64,000 nt of DNA from Candidatus Solincola daggyaiensis (GTDB taxonomy: Bacteria; Actinomycetota; Geothermincolia; Geothermincolales; RBG-13-55-18): the NCBI GenBank assembly GCA_015711825.1, contig JACVJD010000002.1, positions 5,752 to 69,751 of the forward strand. The letters are read 5' to 3'. The notes beneath the pieces are model-generated. The model was not told where the DNA came from. It saw only the letters and a program-made list of their open reading frames with translations, and ran no database searches. Numbering within the stretch: the stretch's first letter is position 1; the number at the start of each line of letters is the position of its first letter. The translations under genes and the position numbers were made by a program. This document shows, piece after piece, positions 61,846 through 64,000 of this stretch.

Positions 61846-63990
61846 TTAGCCTGTCGCCGCCCTCTCTCTCCCGCTGTCGCCTCTGCCCGGCCTCTCCTCG
61901 CCAGGAGCGAGCGCGGGCAAGTAGACGGTGAAGGTCGAGCCCTTGCCGAGCTCGCTCTCAACCTTTATCTCCCCCCCGTGCGCCGCAATCAGCTGGCGAC
62001 TTATACACAATCCCAGCCCGGTCCCGCTCTGTTGTCGTGTGGAAGAGGAGTCCACCTGGTGGAATTTATCGAATATCCTGTCAAGCTCCTGGGGGGGAAT
62101 ACCCATGCCGTTGTCCTTTACCCTCACCAGGCAAAACCCGGGCTCCCAGGTGCCCTCGACACGGATCTCTCCTCCCGGGGCGGTGAATTTAACCGCGTTA
62201 TGGATCAGGTTGGTGAAGACCTGTACGAGGCGGTACATATCCCCATTCACCGGGGGCATGGCTTCGGGAACGGTCTCCTTGAGGTCGATTCCCTTTTCCT
62301 TTGCCATGTTCTCTAGTCCCTGCACCACTTCGTGGACGACATCGCGCAGCCGCACCGGCTCCTTCCTCACCTCGATGATGCCCGATTCTATCCTGGAGAG
62401 GTCCAGGAGGTCGTTGATGAGCTGGGTGAGGGATTCCGTCTGCTGGTTTACTATCTCCAGATAATGGAGCTGCTTATCGTTCACCGGGCCCACCCTTCCC
62501 GCGGACAGCAAACGCACGAAGCCCTTGATTGAGGTCAAAGGCGTTTTCAGCTCATGGGACACTATGGAGATGAAGTCGGATTTCATGCGATCGAGTTCCA
62601 CAAAATCCGTTATGTCGTGCATCAACACGACGGCCCCGCTCGTTTTCCCGCCTTCGTCCGGTAGCGGCACCCAGAGTACCTGGAATATCACGGGAGGTTC
62701 GCTTTTCACGCATATCTCACCCTTGACCGTCCTGCCGTGATCGAACACGTCGGCCATAGCCCGGCTAAATGACAATTCGCCGAAATCGATCATACCCTCC
62801 ATGCGCTGAAGGATATCGCCCAGCTCCCTACCCGTGTCTTCCTTTCCGATGCCCAGGAGATGCGCCACGAAGGGGTTCGCCAGCACCAACCTTCCCTCCC
62901 GGTCCAGCACCATGATCCCGTCGGTGAGACTGTTTATGATCGCCTCTATCTTCCTCTTGTCCTCGAAGGTGGTACGGTATAGGCTCGCCTTCTCCAGCGC
63001 CAGGGCCGCTTCACTTGAAAGGGTCAGGAGTATGCGCGCCGCGTCATCATCGAAGGCGTTTTTCCGTCCCGCGTAGCAGCTTAAAACCCCGATAACGCTG
63101 GAGCTGGCGAAAAGCGGCACGGCGATCATGGAATCGAAGCCGATACGCGCTAGAAAGGGCGTAAAAGACGGGTCTTCGCTCTTTTCGCCCATACTCACGG
63201 GCAAAACCGCGGAAGCCGAGAGCATGACGGGATTGCCGTCTTCTTCCTCGAGTACCCCCAGCTCCTCTCGCCGCAATCCTCTCGCCTTCTTTACCGCGAG
63301 TCTGCCCTCTTTATCGTAAAGAGAGACCGCCATGGCATCGCTGGCCACCAACTTCCCGGCGCTCTCCAACAGCACCTCGAGCAGCTGTTCGGTGTCCAGG
63401 GAGGACGCGAACTTCAGCGAGGCGGCATAAAGGGAAGTCAGCTCCCTGCGTTTTAGATCCGCCTGGTCATATAGGCTCGAGAGAGCCTGCTTTTCCCTTT
63501 CCTGTTCGCGCGATTTGTTGATGACGAAGGAGCCGCAGAGGGCGATGAGGAAAAATATCGGCACGGCCATGGCCATTCCCTTGAGCGTCTCGCCATCCAC
63601 TGCCTCGTAGGCAAGGGGGGCGAAGAAAAAGGCGCAAGTGACCGCGCTTATGAGCATGGTCTCCAGGAGCTCGAAGTAAGCGGAGGAGAAGACGATCACC
63701 ACCAGGAAGAGGAGGGAAAGGCCGCTCGCCTTGCCTCCGCTCAGATAGACCATCACCGTGATGAGCGCGTCGGTGGCGGTTTGCAGGAGAAAAAAGGCCG
63801 CCGGGTGATACCCATCGAAGGGGAAAAAGCGATGGGCAAGATAGACGAGAATGGAGAGGACGATAAAGACGTAGAACAGCGGCGATTCCGTGCGCTGGGA
63901 ATAGGGGAGCACGAACAACAAGGTAGCCACGGCGATGGTCAGCCAGAAAAGGGAGGCGATGAAGCGAGTAGAGCTCAGGAGCAATCTCAC
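61846..63990 (-). CDS. Sensor histidine kinase: polytopic membrane N-domain - GAF - PAS - HisKA - HATPase_c
   Basis: ~6 TM helices, then GAF-like and PAS regions, SHELKTPLTSIKGF H-box, N/G boxes NLIHNAVKFT, GTGLGL. Confidence 0.8.
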   Translation of the reverse strand: MRLLLSSTRFIASLFWLTIAVATLLFVLPYSQRTESPLFYVFIVLSILVYLAHRFFPFDGYHPAAFFLLQTATDALITVMVYLSGGKASGLSLLFLVVIVFSSAYFELLETMLISAVTCAFFFAPLAYEAVDGETLKGMAMAVPIFFLIALCGSFVINKSREQEREKQALSSLYDQADLKRRELTSLYAASLKFASSLDTEQLLEVLLESAGKLVASDAMAVSLYDKEGRLAVKKARGLRREELGVLEEEDGNPVMLSASAVLPVSMGEKSEDPSFTPFLARIGFDSMIAVPLFASSSVIGVLSCYAGRKNAFDDDAARILLTLSSEAALALEKASLYRTTFEDKRKIEAIINSLTDGIMVLDREGRLVLANPFVAHLLGIGKEDTGRELGDILQRMEGMIDFGELSFSRAMADVFDHGRTVKGEICVKSEPPVIFQVLWVPLPDEGGKTSGAVVLMHDITDFVELDRMKSDFISIVSHELKTPLTSIKGFVRLLSAGRVGPVNDKQLHYLEIVNQQTESLTQLINDLLDLSRIESGIIEVRKEPVRLRDVVHEVVQGLENMAKEKGIDLKETVPEAMPPVNGDMYRLVQVFTNLIHNAVKFTAPGGEIRVEGTWEPGFCLVRVKDNGMGIPPQELDRIFDKFHQVDSSSTRQQSGTGLGLCISRQLIAAHGGEIKVESELGKGSTFTVYLPALAPGEERPGRGDSGRERAATG

Positions 63991-64000
63991 GCTGGCCCGC

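Overview
High-GC (~65%) bacterial chromosomal window dominated by core housekeeping genes, almost all on the minus strand. Gene content and synteny look Actinobacteria-like: polA-rpsA-coaE-uvrB, hrcA-dnaJ with CIRCE, sepF-yggT-divIVA, pgeF, and ybeY-phoH with a 7TM-HD protein. In order along the minus strand, the recognisable genes are as follows. A contiguous, translationally coupled nucleotide-excision-repair operon (HAD hydrolase-uvrB-uvrA-uvrC, with uvrC truncated at the window edge). coaE, rpsA with a long acidic tail, and polA. A tyrosine-integrase 3' remnant abutting tRNA-Leu(CAA). Two tandem zinc-ribbon membrane proteins. A histidine operon (hisD-B-H-A-F ... hisI) with an HAAT-family ABC transporter (livKHMGF) embedded between hisF and hisI. 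dnaE. A small accessory islet holding a Cas4-like PD-(D/E)XK nuclease and two paralogous winged-helix proteins, with a (CCATG)4 repeat in one promoter. rluD-lgt-lspA-dksA-like-ileS. A cell-division tail cluster (pgeF, acyP, mgtC, yggS, sepF, proC, yggT, divIVA) with a convergent DUF167 gene. corC, ybeY, a 7TM-HD gene, phoH, hit, mtaB, rsmE, dnaJ, hrcA (with CIRCE), hemW and lepA. Divergent rpsT, then pheT, pheS, a trmH-family gene, rplT, rpmI, infC and a multi-domain sensor histidine kinase. No CRISPR array, rRNA or intact mobile element was seen. Most of the other six-frame ORFs are shadow ORFs typical of high-GC DNA.
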